Assembly (NCBI RefSeq): GCF_009834535.1
Contig: NC_045697.1
Span: 68,636,001-68,700,000, forward strand
DNA from: Camelus ferus
Lineage: Eukaryota
DNA: 64,000 nucleotides
Reading direction: 5' to 3'
Below are positions 12,804 through 25,070 of this stretch, in pieces. The translations under genes were made by a program, and so were the position numbers. Within the stretch, counting starts at the first letter, position 1. Every line of letters starts with the position of its first letter. Under the pieces are notes generated by a model. The model was not told the DNA's origin, made no database searches, and saw only the letters and a program-made list of their open reading frames with translations.

Positions 12804-13133
12804 AAGTGGTGTAGGGGAGTGGGTGAAATGGGTGAAGAGAATAAAAAGATACAAATTTTCAGTTATAAAATGTAGGTCATGGGAATGCAATGTGCAGGAT
12901 GGCAACTGTAGTTAGTAATACTGCACTGCATATTTGAACATTGCTAAGGGAGCAGATCTTAAAAGTTCTCATCACAAGAAAAATTCTGTGACTATGCACG
13001 GTGACGGATGTTAACTAGGCTTATTGTGGTAGTCATTTTACAATATATACAAATACTGAACCATGATGTATACCTGAAACTAATACAACATGTGATACTT
13101 CAATTATAACTCAATACAAATAAGTAAATAAAT
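12804..13133 (+). mobile_element. L1MA9-like 3' end nested in old L1
   Basis: GATCTTAAAAGTTCTCATCACAAGAAAAA...TACCTGAAACTAATA...CTCAATA plus A-rich tail; flanked by AGTGATG at 12797-12803 and 13134-13140. Confidence 0.85.
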
Positions 13134-13323
13134 AGTGATGGAAATGTTCTATTATGTGATTTAATAGTGGCTATACAACTATCTGATTTCATTGAATTGA
13201 ACCTTTAAATTTAAATTTTTTATATAAATCATACCTCAATAAACTTGATTAACAAATAAATTAATAATTTCATGATATTTCTGTCTATTGAAGGAATAAA
13301 AACTGCTACTAGGGAAAATAATA

Positions 13324-13509
13324 CGTACTTTATTGATTCTTAGACACCCGTTTTTTTTCACATTTTAACATCTCTAAAACTAAAATGCACCTTACAATGG
13401 ATGGTTTCTTACCGTGAGAATGGGTGAAACATTTTTTTCTTCTCTTGGCACTATATAAAATAATGAGTCTTCTTACCTTTGATGGCATGTTAGATTCAAT
13501 GAAATATGG
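13324..13509 (+). mobile_element. MER104-like Tc1/mariner MITE
   Basis: Imperfect terminal inverted repeats (CGTACTTTATTGATTCT / TAGATTCAATGAAATATGG) flanked by TA; internal TTTTTTCACATTTTAACATCTCT. Confidence 0.8.
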
Positions 13510-14119
13510 TAATATATATTTAGTATAAAAAGTTGAGTTAAGCTAATTCTGCTATGTCATGTTTATACTATGTGTGTTTCAGGGAATTGAATACCCTGAG
13601 GTATATTTGAAACTGTACTATGCCATTAATGGTACATAAAAATACTAATCTTGTAAATGTTTTTAACTATTTAGATAAAAAGTTACCCATAAGCAAAGTA
13701 TACTGATTAATAGGAAAATTAATTATTTATCAGTGTATATAATTATATACAAATATAAAATATCATAAGAAGTAATTTGCATTTTAATTATGTATTTCAA
13801 AATGAGAGACAATGTAGAGTATAATGTATAATATAATAGAAACCTATGTTTACCATCCACAATGATCAAAAACAAAAAACAAAAAAACACAATTCCTTCC
13901 CTACTCCCTTTACTTTTCTTTCCAGAAAAATAACTATAACCCTCTTAACACCTATATTCTTATACTTGGTATTCATAGTAAAGAAATAACTAAGTTATGA
14001 GTCTTAAAATAATAGAATACTACCTAACAGTCAAAATAAATGAACTAAATCCACATGTATCAATAGAGATCAATCTTGAGACCTTAAATTAGGAGAAAAA
14101 TCAAGAAATGAATGTATAA

Positions 14120-14360
14120 TAACAATATCAAAGTACTTTAGGCTTTTTCTATGTGCTACGCACTGTTCTAAGGACTTTACATATGTTAACTCATTATATG
14201 TAACTCATCATATATAACTCAACACATATATTAACTCCAAGACGAGCCCAGTTTACATATGAGCAAAGTGAGGCATAGAAAATGTAAGTATTTCACTGAA
14301 GATCAAACAGCAATTTATTCAGTCTACCCTCAGAATCTGAGCTCTTACCCACTCTATTAT
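14120..14360 (-). mobile_element. MIR SINE
   Basis: CACTGTTCTAAGGACTTTACAT...CCCAGTTTACATATGAGCAAAGTGAGGCATAGA (antisense MIR core). Confidence 0.8.
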
Positions 14361-14384
14361 GTGTAAATATAGTTTTCACATAAA

Positions 14385-14675
14385 CTGCTGTAATAAACAG
14401 ACACAACATAAATTGTATCCTATTCAGCTAAGAGTGAAGAACGAATGTTTCAGGTCAGCCTGGTGGATGAAGTGAGGGGAGTGGGTAGGTATTCAGGACC
14501 CCACACTTATGGCCAATCAGCCATCCTCAAAAATTGGCTTCCAGGATAACTCTGACAATCACAATTAAACAGACAGAAAGAGCATAGAGGACAACAAAAT
14601 GCTTAAGAGCCGGGACTAGAAGTGGCAGACACCATTTCCATCCACATTCCAATGACTAGAGTTGTCATTTGGCCA
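14385..14675 (-). mobile_element. old MaLR LTR (MLT1J/K-like)
   Basis: GTATTCAGGACCC...GCCATCCTCAA...TGGCTTCCAGG...CTAGAAGTGGCAGACACCATTTCCATCCACATTCCA. Confidence 0.6.
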
Positions 14676-15316
14676 AAGTACCCATATAAAAGCTCCTTTC
14701 AAGAGCTCAGATTTACGACCTTTCAGTTTTCTCTTTTCTAATGGTAACTACCCCATTTCCTGAACACTAGTCATTGGCAAAAAGCATACAAATAAATGCA
14801 CTAAAAGGCAAGTACCTATCTAACTAAATCCGATTTAGAGAATAGAGAATTTAGTTTACAGAACCTCAGTTGACTTAGCAAATGCATTTTGGATTCTGTT
14901 TCTGATTCACTAACTTAAAATTTTTTGGATTTTATTTTTCCTAATTGTGACAGTTGAAATTACTGTCTTTGTTAACTCATTCTAAATCTATAATGGGATG
15001 TTAACCTCACTTGGGCTGAGCCCTAAATCCACTATTTCAGGTTTTGGCAGAAAATGATCTTTCACAAATCACTCTAAACTTACTTTTTAGTTAGTATATG
15101 CTTCCTACAGAAAGTCCTTCATATATGCAACCCTGGGCTTTTGTCCCCAACCCCACACTCCTGCCTGTGAGAAATAAAATTGTTTTCAGCTTTTTCATGT
15201 CTCTCTGTAAAAACTGAACATTCTTAAGTAAGTTCTTAAATAAATTTCCAGCTTCTTATTTCAGCCTCCAACAGCATCAGAGAGCCTACTTCCAGTAACT
15301 CATTTCTTATATTATC

Positions 15317-15870
15317 AAACATTTATTTAATAAAATCTCCACAGCAAAGGTTTTGTGCTTGGTGTCAGAGTTACAAAGGTGTAGAAGACATAGCAAATTG
15401 CACAGAAGAGGGTCTCTGAACAGAAACTAGAGATGTAAAAGAACAGCCTCTCAGAGGACATAAAGCTTCAACTGAATCTTTGAAAGATAAGCAGGTATGA
15501 ACAAATGGAGAAGGGACAGGAGGATACTTAACATGAAGGGAAAAGTATACGCAAAGGCAGAGAGACTTCAGACGGCATGATACCCTGAGGAACTAAAGAT
15601 TTTAACTCATGGCTAAACAGTGCTGCAAGCATGAGAAAGCAGGTTAGACAGGTAGGCAAAGGAAAGCTTACGAAGGTCTGCATACGATGTGAAAAGACGT
15701 GTGAAAAATGTATTCTCAAAGCATTGAAGACCTAATGGATGATTTGAGAAGGGAAGTGACAATCAGATTTGCAGAGAACTCTTGGATGGCACTGATGAAG
15801 ATGGCAGGGAATGATATTGGAAGCAAACAATTAGAAATTAAGAGGATAGGGAAGGAAATAATGAAGGGTA
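15317..15870 (-). mobile_element. L2 3' fragment
   Basis: TCAAACATTTATT...TGTGCTTGGTG...ACAAAGGTG...CTGAATCTTTGAAAGATAAGCAGG. Confidence 0.6.
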
Positions 15871-15930
15871 AATGGGTAACACTGGTACAACTTCTCTATT
15901 AAATATAAGGAATACTTTTCTGATGTTTAG

Positions 15931-16242
15931 TGTTGATGGTTGTTTTTATGTATCAACATGACTGGGTCAAGCATGTCCAGATATTTGGTTAAATATCTTT
16001 CTGGGCTTTACGTAAGAGGCTGTTTCTGGATGGGCTTAACATTTGAACCTGTAGACTGAGTAAAGCAGATTACCCTCCCCAATGTGAGTGGGCCTCATCC
16101 AATCAGTTAAAGACCTCAATAGAACAAAAAGTTGAGTAATAGAGAATTCACTCTCTCTGTTTAACCGTCTTTGAACTGAGACATCAGTCTTCTCCTGCCT
16201 TCATATTCAGACTGGAACATACATCATTGGCCCTTAGGTTTC
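15931..16242 (+). mobile_element. MLT2 (ERVL) LTR, 3' part missing
   Basis: GTAGACTGAGTAAAGCAGATTACCCTCCCCAATGTGAGTGGGCCTCATCCAATCAGTT (MLT2 signature). Confidence 0.88.
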
Positions 16243-16330
16243 TACTTTTATTACCCTAAACATGAAAATATTTTCAAAGAACCTACTTAAATGCTCAGAA
16301 AGGAAAGTGTTTTCAACCAGAATATATTGT

Positions 16331-16354
16331 AAAAAAAAAAAAAAAAAAAAAAAA
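16331..16354 (+). repeat. poly(A)24
   Basis: Direct reading. Confidence 0.95.
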
Positions 16355-18522
16355 GCAAAAAATATTTTGCAATTTTTCACTTGATTTTAACAATTACAAG
16401 TTCTTCCCTACATCAATATAGAGTTTTAACAGTTGAATAGAATGTCTTCTGTATTACTAGACAGACAAAATAGAACTGCCTCAGGGAAAAAAAAATTATT
16501 AAACACGCCCCTCAAGACACATGCTGAACTCAGAATTACACAGCATGCATCTAGTCTCAAAAGAGTGTGATTTGCTTTGCAGTCAAATGTTTCCCGCTGC
16601 TAGAAAAAAAAAAATGTAAGCTTTGTTTCATGAAAAAGCTTTAACCAAAGAATTACTGCACTGCCATGGTTACCCAGTGAAATACACTGCATAATCTAGA
16701 AGGTGGAAAGAAAACATTAGGTTTGGAAAATGAAATGATCTTTCTGTTGGGAAGTCATACACATGCCCTCTATGCTTGTGTAGACATCTGTACAGTTTAA
16801 TGCATTCTCTTAGAAACATCCTAACTCTGAAGGAAGTTCCCGCAGAGCAGTATGTGTTTCCCAGCGGTGTGTGAATCATTTCTCTTATCTAATAATCTCT
16901 TACAAATATACCTGCATTGTCTTTGACTGTCCCCAAAGGTGAGAATCACCATGGAGCATTCATTTTGTCTGCCAAATATTTTTTTAGAAGTTGTTTGTTT
17001 TTCTGCTGTTACACTTTAGCTGGAAGTTCACGACTCCATGAGAGAAAAGAATGCAACATTTATATTAAAATGCTAAGAAAAATAAATATCTCCTGTGTAA
17101 CTCCATATTTTTTAAAAAAAAAGCAGGAATTCCTGTCACTGTTTTACATAGAACAAAAGAAGCATTATTTAAGATGAGTTATACCAGAAAAATAGCATTA
17201 TTTAAAATAAAAATGATTAAGTAATTTTGAAGTATTACTCATTTCCTTTACTTCCTCCAAGTATTAAGGATAATCCAAACAGAAAATAACACATGCAGGT
17301 AGCATATACAATTCTGACAACTTGCCAATTCAACCTAAAAACAGATAGAAATTAATTATACAGAGCTTTTGATACCACGTCCTTTACTACATGTCCAGTG
17401 ACAATCACTTCACTGTAGTATCTAGCATAACATACTTAATAAATGTCATTAGCATTATTTATCAGATTACATAAACAAAATATGTAACACTGATATAAAT
17501 GCCCCAGTTAAGTTCTAATATAACAGGAAAAAGGCAATACTTTTCTGTCCTATCGTATGTTTTCCCAATCATTCTTCACATCTTGAGGAATCATTTACCA
17601 AAAGAAATCAATCATCTCACTAATAGTGAAAGATATACTTCTTTTATTTTAAACAAACATATATTTCTGCTAATTTCTTTGTTAGCTAATTAAATTATTT
17701 TGAATTATATTACACTCATTACTTGGAAACGATAATTAAAAGATTATTATGGTGAGTTAATACTTTTAAAAAATTTCAGCAACATAAACAGTAATCCCCC
17801 AAGTGTCCACGGCACCTTACTTTGTCTCCTTTTTGCAACAGTCTTAGAGTTGTTGTATGCTATGTCTGTCAGGGAAGTGCATGTCGTTTCAAAATATTGA
17901 TAAGGAAAACATAAATTAGCAAGCTATCACTATGAATTTTTCCATTCTTAGCATATTCATGTGCATGTTTTCCTGATTCCTATATTTTTCATTATTTCTA
18001 TGCTTTCTGTTACGTATTCCAAGTCTCCTGTTGCCTCAACATAATTGATTGATACTGAGGCTTAACAAATTCTAACAGTTAACAGCCTGGGAACCAGTTC
18101 TCCTGACCATGTGCAGGAAGAAGCAGTTACACACAGCACTTATTAAGCCAGCCCTGGAGAGAAATCAGAATCCCACAGACCTTTACTCTTTCCTGAAAAT
18201 AAAGGTATGTAATTAGGGCATATGTTTGTTAAATCAAGGAATTTTAAGAAAGAAATACTCAATTTAGTCTTTGTGGGTCCTCCATGCGCTAGGCACTCTC
18301 AAACAATGACTAAGTTTTCATTTCTGAAGCTGCCCACCTTTAAACAGTAGACTTTTAAAGTTGTAGAGAACATTTTCATGAGGAGTAATGTTCCTTAAGT
18401 GGGAGGAGTATTTTTGAAATCATATTATGTGTCATTTTCATGCAAGGTATTAAAAGAGTTTTAATAAAAAGTCCATTTGCTTCCATTTTTATATTATGAA
18501 GTTTAAGATTAAGGAACATCTT

Positions 18523-18710
18523 GGGGAGGGTATAGCTCAAGTGGTAGAGCACATGCTTAGTATGCACAAGGTCCTGGTTCAATCCCCAGTATGGCCTCCA
18601 AAAATAAATAAATAAACCTAATTATCTCCCCCTCAAAAAAAATCTAAAATAAGTAAGTAAAATCACCAAGAAAATGTAAAGAAAAAAAACACTTCAATTA
18701 AAAAAAAAAA
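18523..18710 (+). mobile_element. tRNA-derived SINE (camelid Vic-1-like)
   Basis: GGGGAGGGTATAGCTCAAGTGGTAGAGC (A box), GGTTCAATCCC (B box), A-rich tail; degenerate TSD GATTAAGGAACATCT (18507) / GATTAAGGAAAGTCT (18714). Confidence 0.9.
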
Positions 18711-19695
18711 GGTGATTAAGGAAAGTCTCACGAAGATCTGCTTTTGCATTTGAGAAGACTTTTTTGCTCTTGGTGATAAGTAATACTTGCTGAAAGTTGC
18801 TGTTATTTAATTATAAAGACTTTTATAAATCACAAAACAAGTGCTTTCATGTATAAAACGAAAGAAAAGTATATAATCATACAGTTTAGGAAAATGTTAG
18901 CTAGAAATTCTCACAGTAAAATCTACAGCTGGAAAAATAAAAAAGCAGCCTAAATAAAAATATAAGGGTCTTGAAACTTGCAACAAGTAACTGCACACTT
19001 TAGCTAAAATAAGAAACAAAGAAACAAAAACATGCCAATAGCACAGACTGCTGATTTATTTTTAAATATTGCTTCATGTTTAAAAATAAAATAAAACAAG
19101 TAGACTTCCTGCAAAGATAGAGGATTAAAACAGTACTGAAAACATCTTACTCCTTTGGTATTTAACAAAATGAAGAAAAATAGTAAAAATAACAAAAAAA
19201 TTCACCAGCAAGACCAAAGCTATGAGAGGGATACAAAAAGATGCTCAACCTAAAAAAAAAGTAGTAGCCAACAAAAATAACACAGATGAATCTCAGTTTA
19301 AAAAAAAAAGAAAGTATTTTTTTTGCCCTGTCTTGCCCCCCAAAATGCAATACTTAGGAAACTATGAGTCAAGAAAATCCTACAAATTCTCATTTATACT
19401 TTCTAATTTTTAGCAAAGCTGACTGGAGTGTTTCATCAGCCCTGGGACAATCAGGGTAAGTACAAATAACTTCTGTGATGCAGGAAAACATCAGCAGAGA
19501 GAGAAAGTATCACCAGGAATTTCCAAATTTCACGATACTACACGGAGTTAAGTAAGAGATCTAAAACTATGGGAGTTCCACACCTTTACCCGGGATGAGT
19601 GGGCCCCAACATGGCAATTAAACAGTAAGAAAAAGAACCCAGATTCCATAGCATGGATTGCACTTAGCTGCAGATGAGACCTAGCCCTTCCACAG

Positions 19696-21270
19696 TTCAT
19701 TCATTCATTCTTTTATCCATTCATTTAACCGCTCTTTATTGAGATCCTAGTAAGTATATGGCACTGTTCCAGGCACTGAAGAAATGGCAGTCAACAAATC
19801 AGACAAAAATACCTAGTGTTATGGAACTTACACTATAATATTCAGAAACAGATATTAAAACCCAACAAAACCCAAGTATGTCTATAGTTTATTAGAATAT
19901 GACTACCTAGAAAAGAAGACAAGAGAGAGAAGTCCTTGGGGGAGAAGAGCTCCAGTTTTTCAGTGTGGCCAGGGAAGTCCTCTGTGAGAAGGTGACAAGT
20001 GAGCAAAGACAAAGAGAGTGGACCATGTGGACAGGTTTCCAGGCATCAAAAGCAGCAAGAACAAAAGCAAGTATGAGGAACAGCCAGCTAGACGGTGTCA
20101 CCTACGTGCAGTGAGCTGCGGGGAGGTGAGTAGGAGATGAGATGAAAGAGTAATTGGTTAGAGGTGGAAGCAGGTATGTTGCATAGGGCCTTGTACCATT
20201 GTAAGTATTTTAGCTTTTACATAGGTTGAGAAGTGAAGCCATGGAGGGTTTTGAACAGAGGAGAGATTTAATCTGATTTGTATTTCAGTTGGTATTTTCT
20301 GACTATGGTCTTGGTCTTGAGAATAGACACCTGGAGGAGCAAGCATAGAAGCAAGGAGTCCCATTAGGAAGTTACATCCATAATTCAGAGAAAAGCTGAT
20401 TACAGTGGTAGCAGCAAGAAGTTATAAAAAGAGGTTGGTTGAAATTTGTATATATTTGGAAAGCAGGGTCAGTAGGATTTTCTTACTGACTGCATGAGGG
20501 TGTGAAGGAGATGAGTCAATGCATAAGTTAGGATTCGGATATGGAAATTTTGAAATGCACATGAGACATCCAACTGGGGGTTTGATATTTGAAGTTCAGT
20601 GACGAGATCTTGACTGGGGGTAAAACATGGGACCTTGTCAACATAAAGGTAGCATTTAAAACTGTCATCAAGGTTGTGAGATAAAACAGAAATTGAAAAG
20701 CAGAGCCTAAGAGCACTCCACCTTTAATAAAGTTAGGGATATGAAAAGGAACTGGAAAAGGAAGTTGAAAATGGCTGCTCAGTGGGACAGGGAGTTGTCC
20801 TGGATGTCGTGCACAGAGTGTCACGTGCTCAGTCAAATGCTGCTAACAGGTAGGAGGGAGACTGAGAACCCAACTGGATTTGGCCACATGGCAATTATTG
20901 CTGGTCATGACAAAAGTGGTTTCTGTGCAGTGTGGAGAGTGAAAGCCTCTTAGCTTCAAGGGAGAATAAAAAAAAGAGGAGTTGGGGAGAGTGAGCACAG
21001 AAAATATTTTAAGGAAGTTTGCAGTAAGTGGAGACAGAGACATGCAGCAGTGACTGGAGGAAAGGAGGGATCGGCCAAGAACTTAAAAAATGTGATAAGA
21101 ATCTGTTTGTCTGGTGCTGGGATGATCTAGAAGAGAAGTGTTGATGATGAAAGGGGAGAGGAGAGTTGCTGAAGTAATGTCCTTCTATGAGAGACGCCCT
21201 GATCCAGTACATGACGGAGTTAGGGAGCCTTAGACAGGTGCCGGAAAAGTTCATCAATACTACCAAATAA
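19696..21270 (-). mobile_element. L2 (L2a-like) fragment, ~1.6 kb
   Basis: Starts TTCATTCATTCATTC (antisense L2 tail); contains GGCACTGTTCCAGGCACTG and GAGACATCCAACTGG; degenerate RT-like minus-strand ORF at 20528-20836. Confidence 0.88.
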
Positions 21271-21529
21271 GCAAGTACAGAAATTGCGTAGATGAGAATA
21301 TTTAGCCTTTAAATCTAGTAAAATAGAGAAAGTAGTCTATAAAAAGTAGAAAAAGTGCCAAGGATAATTCACATTAAGTCAGAGCAAATACAAGATCTGA
21401 ACATAGCTGCTCATTTTAAGAGTTTTTTTTTTTTTTTAAATAAAGGAAATAGCATATGTAAACTATGCAAACATACTATAGTAGGAAAAAGGAAAAAGTT
21501 AGAGGTGGGGGAAAAGTTAAAAAAAAATC

Positions 21530-22640
21530 ATATGCAAAATTAAAACAAATGATTTGAAACATAATCCAAGGACTAACAGCATATTCTCAAGATTAATTTG
21601 AAATATAGAAGAATTTAATGGGAGAAATTAGGAGTCAATAAGATGGATTACAGAAATAAGAGGAAAGACAACAAAATGAGTTGGAATGTAAGATTTCACA
21701 GCTAAGGAAATTAATTGAGAGCCAAAATATTCAAATTGAATGTATAGAAATAGAATCAGAAAAATGCAAAAGTCAAATCAATGACATAAAACAATATCTG
21801 AGGCAGTTACAGAAAAGTAAGAGAAAATAGAAACAGATATTAAAGATTCTCACTGAGCAATGTTGATAGGCAGACACACTAAGATAATCAAATATATGGA
21901 CAACAACCTATTAGAAATCTGGTAAATGGAATAAAAAATTGAAGACATATAATACAATAACATTTCTCTGAAGAAACTGAAGGAAGAACTGAATCTAAAT
22001 ATGTTACAATATATACCAGAAAGAACTTAAACGGAACATTCAGAAATGACACAAACTCTGGTTAAACTATTTTGTGTCCATGATAAAAAGAGTTTCTCAG
22101 TCATGAGCAGAAAACACAAATCAACTTCAAAGAGGAATAAATTCAAGCTGGCCTCAAATGTCATCACCACAACATTTAATACCAGAATTCAGTGAAACAC
22201 TGTCTTCAAATATCTGATGGGAAAAAAATGTCTGAGTGAATATTGTTATTCCTCAACAAGTTGCATTTTGGATATAAAGGCAAATGGCAAACATTTACAT
22301 ACATGAAACAACACATAAAAGTACCCAAGAGTTTATGGATGTTTAAAAATTAAGTATTCAGTGTTTAAATCCGGACAACCAAATGATGATTAAAAAATTA
22401 AGAAAATTAAAAAGGCATTAATGATGTAGCTATGGTTAGTAAAAGGATGGTGGTCAATGTTGAATTCACTTAGGGTACTGGGACATACCTTCTAGAAAAA
22501 TTAAGGCATAGGAGAGTCTATAATATAAATCCTGACAAAGAAAATTAGTATTGGCGACATAATTAGAAAGGAGGATGAATGGTAAAACGTACTTTAATTT
22601 ATAGAGCAAGGAGTCACTACATGCAGATTAAATAGAAATA
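21530..22640 (+). mobile_element. HAL1 or old L1 ORF1 remnant
   Basis: AAATTCAAGCTGGCCTCAAATGTCATCACCACAACATTTAATACCAGAA...CAAGTTG...TATAAAGGCAA resembles the HAL1 ORF1 C-terminal region. Confidence 0.7.
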
Positions 22641-22974
22641 CATAGTTAAAAGCATTTCTTTATTTGCTGTTTTCCCCTCCATTACACAGGCAATAGCAAG
22701 GACCACGTCTTTTTACTTTCTCGTGTAGGCTGTCTTCCTCACTCTTTCTCTTCTATTGATGCTCAAAGTCTATCATGAATTCAATGAAGACAGAAAAGTT
22801 GAGATAGTTAAGTCTATTATTTTGTTTTCATTTGTAGCTAAAATAATTATTTATAAAGAGATACTTCTTGATATTACTTGGTTACCAAGGGGATAATTCA
22901 ATTGTAAAGGATCATAAATATTTGATTTTCCTTTTATGGGCCTAGTTTTCAGGATGATTAATTAGATCTCTGAA

Positions 22975-23108
22975 ATGCTAGAATGACTCATACCAGCTCA
23001 CATAACAGTTCTTAAATTTTCAGAATTTTCACCCACCAGTTGCTTAAAATTTGTCACAGTGAAAGTATTCACACCACAGAAATAGTCAAATGCTATCAAC
23101 AGGGCTTA
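22975..23108 (+). mobile_element. MER63-like hAT DNA transposon fragment
   Basis: CTCATACCAGCTC...TTAAATTTTCAG...AGTATTCACACCACAGAAAT...CAGGGCTT. Confidence 0.65.
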
Positions 23109-23239
23109 CAGATAATAATACCTTTATTAATAATTTAGAATCATTGTTTCCACTGACGAGACACCATATTTTTCAAAATGCTACCATAAAAAAAATACTC
23201 TTTTGAAAACAATTAGAATAGCAGGGAAAAGGAAAATGT

Positions 23240-23640
23240 ATTTCAATTGTATCAATTAATCATAACAGCCGCCAATATACTTGCATATTTCCTTATAAAC
23301 TCTTAGTATGTATGTTTTTTAAAATTAAAATGCTACTTACTTTTTCATTCTTTACACTGCAACACAACTATTTCCCTATGCTTAAGTGTCCAATGAGCAA
23401 CATTTTAATAAACTAATCTACTAAGTGGAAATAACATTATGTGCAAACATCCTGAACTTGTCGGATATTTAAATATTTTCAAAATATTTGCAATTATACA
23501 AAATTATCTGAGGAATGTTTTTGTGTACTTTTTTCCCTCCTGTTTTCTGGTTACTTCTTTAAAATGTATTCTAGAATTGGATTATACAGGAAAAGAATAT
23601 TAATTTCTTTAAGATTCTTATTACATATAGCTAAAACTGG
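23240..23640 (-). mobile_element. old L1ME-like 3' fragment
   Basis: Degenerate antisense L1 end (ATATTTAAATATTTTC...TTTGCAATTATA...ATTCTAGAATTGGATT). Confidence 0.5.
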
Positions 23641-24980
23641 CCTATAGTTTATAATCAACAAGATTCTGGTTTGTTATTAAAATCGTACTTCTGCATTTAA
23701 ATAAGCTGTATAGATCTTGTGGCAGGGGAAGTGGGGAAAAAGAGCATCACTGAAAAATAATGAGAAAAATTTAAAAAGTACCCATGGGAAATAATATGAG
23801 AAAAATAATTATCTCAAAGTTTTTAAATTCTAAGCCATGTTCCATATAACCAATTATTATATTCAATAGAAAAATAATAATTTCTGGTTAAACTTTTTAT
23901 CCTTTAGGATCTTAAAGTCTGAATGTTCTCTTTTCTCAATTATACTGTCATTCAAAAAATAGAAAAACAGCCAAAACTGCATACAATGCAGCAGATTAGC
24001 AATGAAAGTGCTTATATGAAATTTCTTATGGGATTGTTAAAATGTACACACAGCAAAAAAAAAAAAAAAAATGTGCTTGAGGTTTTAGTTAAAAAATCAT
24101 TTTGCCTTACAAGTAGCTGAATGCCCAAAGAAAAACCTGTTATGTCCTAGGAACTATTCAATAGCAATTGTAATGTAATATGTTTTGCTTTTCACAGTTC
24201 TGAAAGGAAGTTATTGTTGTCACCCTGTTAAAGACAAGGCAAGACCAACATTCATAGGAATTAAGCTTGCCCAAAGCAGCAAAGCTAAAAAATGGAAGAC
24301 TGAAGCCCATGCACAAAAGGGCAGTCACTAATGGTGACATGTTCCAGAGGTATTTCTTCATTTAGGTAATCTGAGTTGGACCGTTAGCCTACAAGCAGCT
24401 AGTGAAACAAGACTGCACTCAAGTACCAATCTAACCAGCAGTCAAAGTGTTTGCTCAGGATGAGCCCAACGATGAGGAAAGGGCCCATCACCCCAAGCAG
24501 CATTCCTCCTGTTTTCACAATTATTACCCTCAGATGCTCTTTGCTCATTATCACTCTTACAATGAGCAGCATCAGCAAATACGTACTATTCAAGACACTT
24601 AACTTATCTAACCCAGAAAATGAAAATAGAAATTGAAAGTCGTTGATACAAGATTTCTGGCAATCATGTTTACTGAAAGGATAATAGTTGGAAAGAAAGG
24701 AAAATTACCACAAAAAAGCAGAGTGATTCACGTACAAAGGGGTTAGGGTGACAAAGGCAATTTAATTGGTCACATGCTGGAAAATGCAGAGGTCTGAGTT
24801 CTTGATGGCACTGTTTTCGACTACTGTGCTTTGAAACTGTGCACTGATACTGCTCGAATGATGAGCTATCTATTGTGAATGTGTAATTTCAGCACTTAGC
24901 CTATAATAGTTGCACATGTTTTGGATAATCCACTTTACATTTCTTATTCCTTACTTCAAAATGTAAAAATCAGCTAACTA

Positions 24981-25070
24981 CAGGTCAGTACTGCTGCGCT
25001 GTGCAACACCACGGGCCACACTGCCCCCTATCTAAACGGTGGCCATGGGGCTGTGCAATGGGCACGTCCT
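24981..25070. mobile_element. MER91-like palindromic hAT MITE
   Basis: Short GC-rich patch with imperfect inverted symmetry (CTGTGCAACACCACGGGCCAC...GTGGCCATGGGGCTGTGCAA). Confidence 0.45.

Larger units (their letters stand above)
11443..13250 (+). mobile_element. old L1 (L1MD/ME-like) ORF2 end and 3'UTR, hosting a nested LTR and an L1MA9-like 3' end
   Basis: AAAAATATTTGAAAAAACATAT; GGGAAATGCAAATTAAA; TATTTACCCAAGAGAAATGAAAACATATGTTCA; ends TCATACCTCAATAAAC. Confidence 0.8.

Noticed and set aside
18523..18595. tRNA gene-like sequence
   Set aside because: It continues into a SINE body and tail with TSD, so it is a SINE head rather than a tRNA gene.
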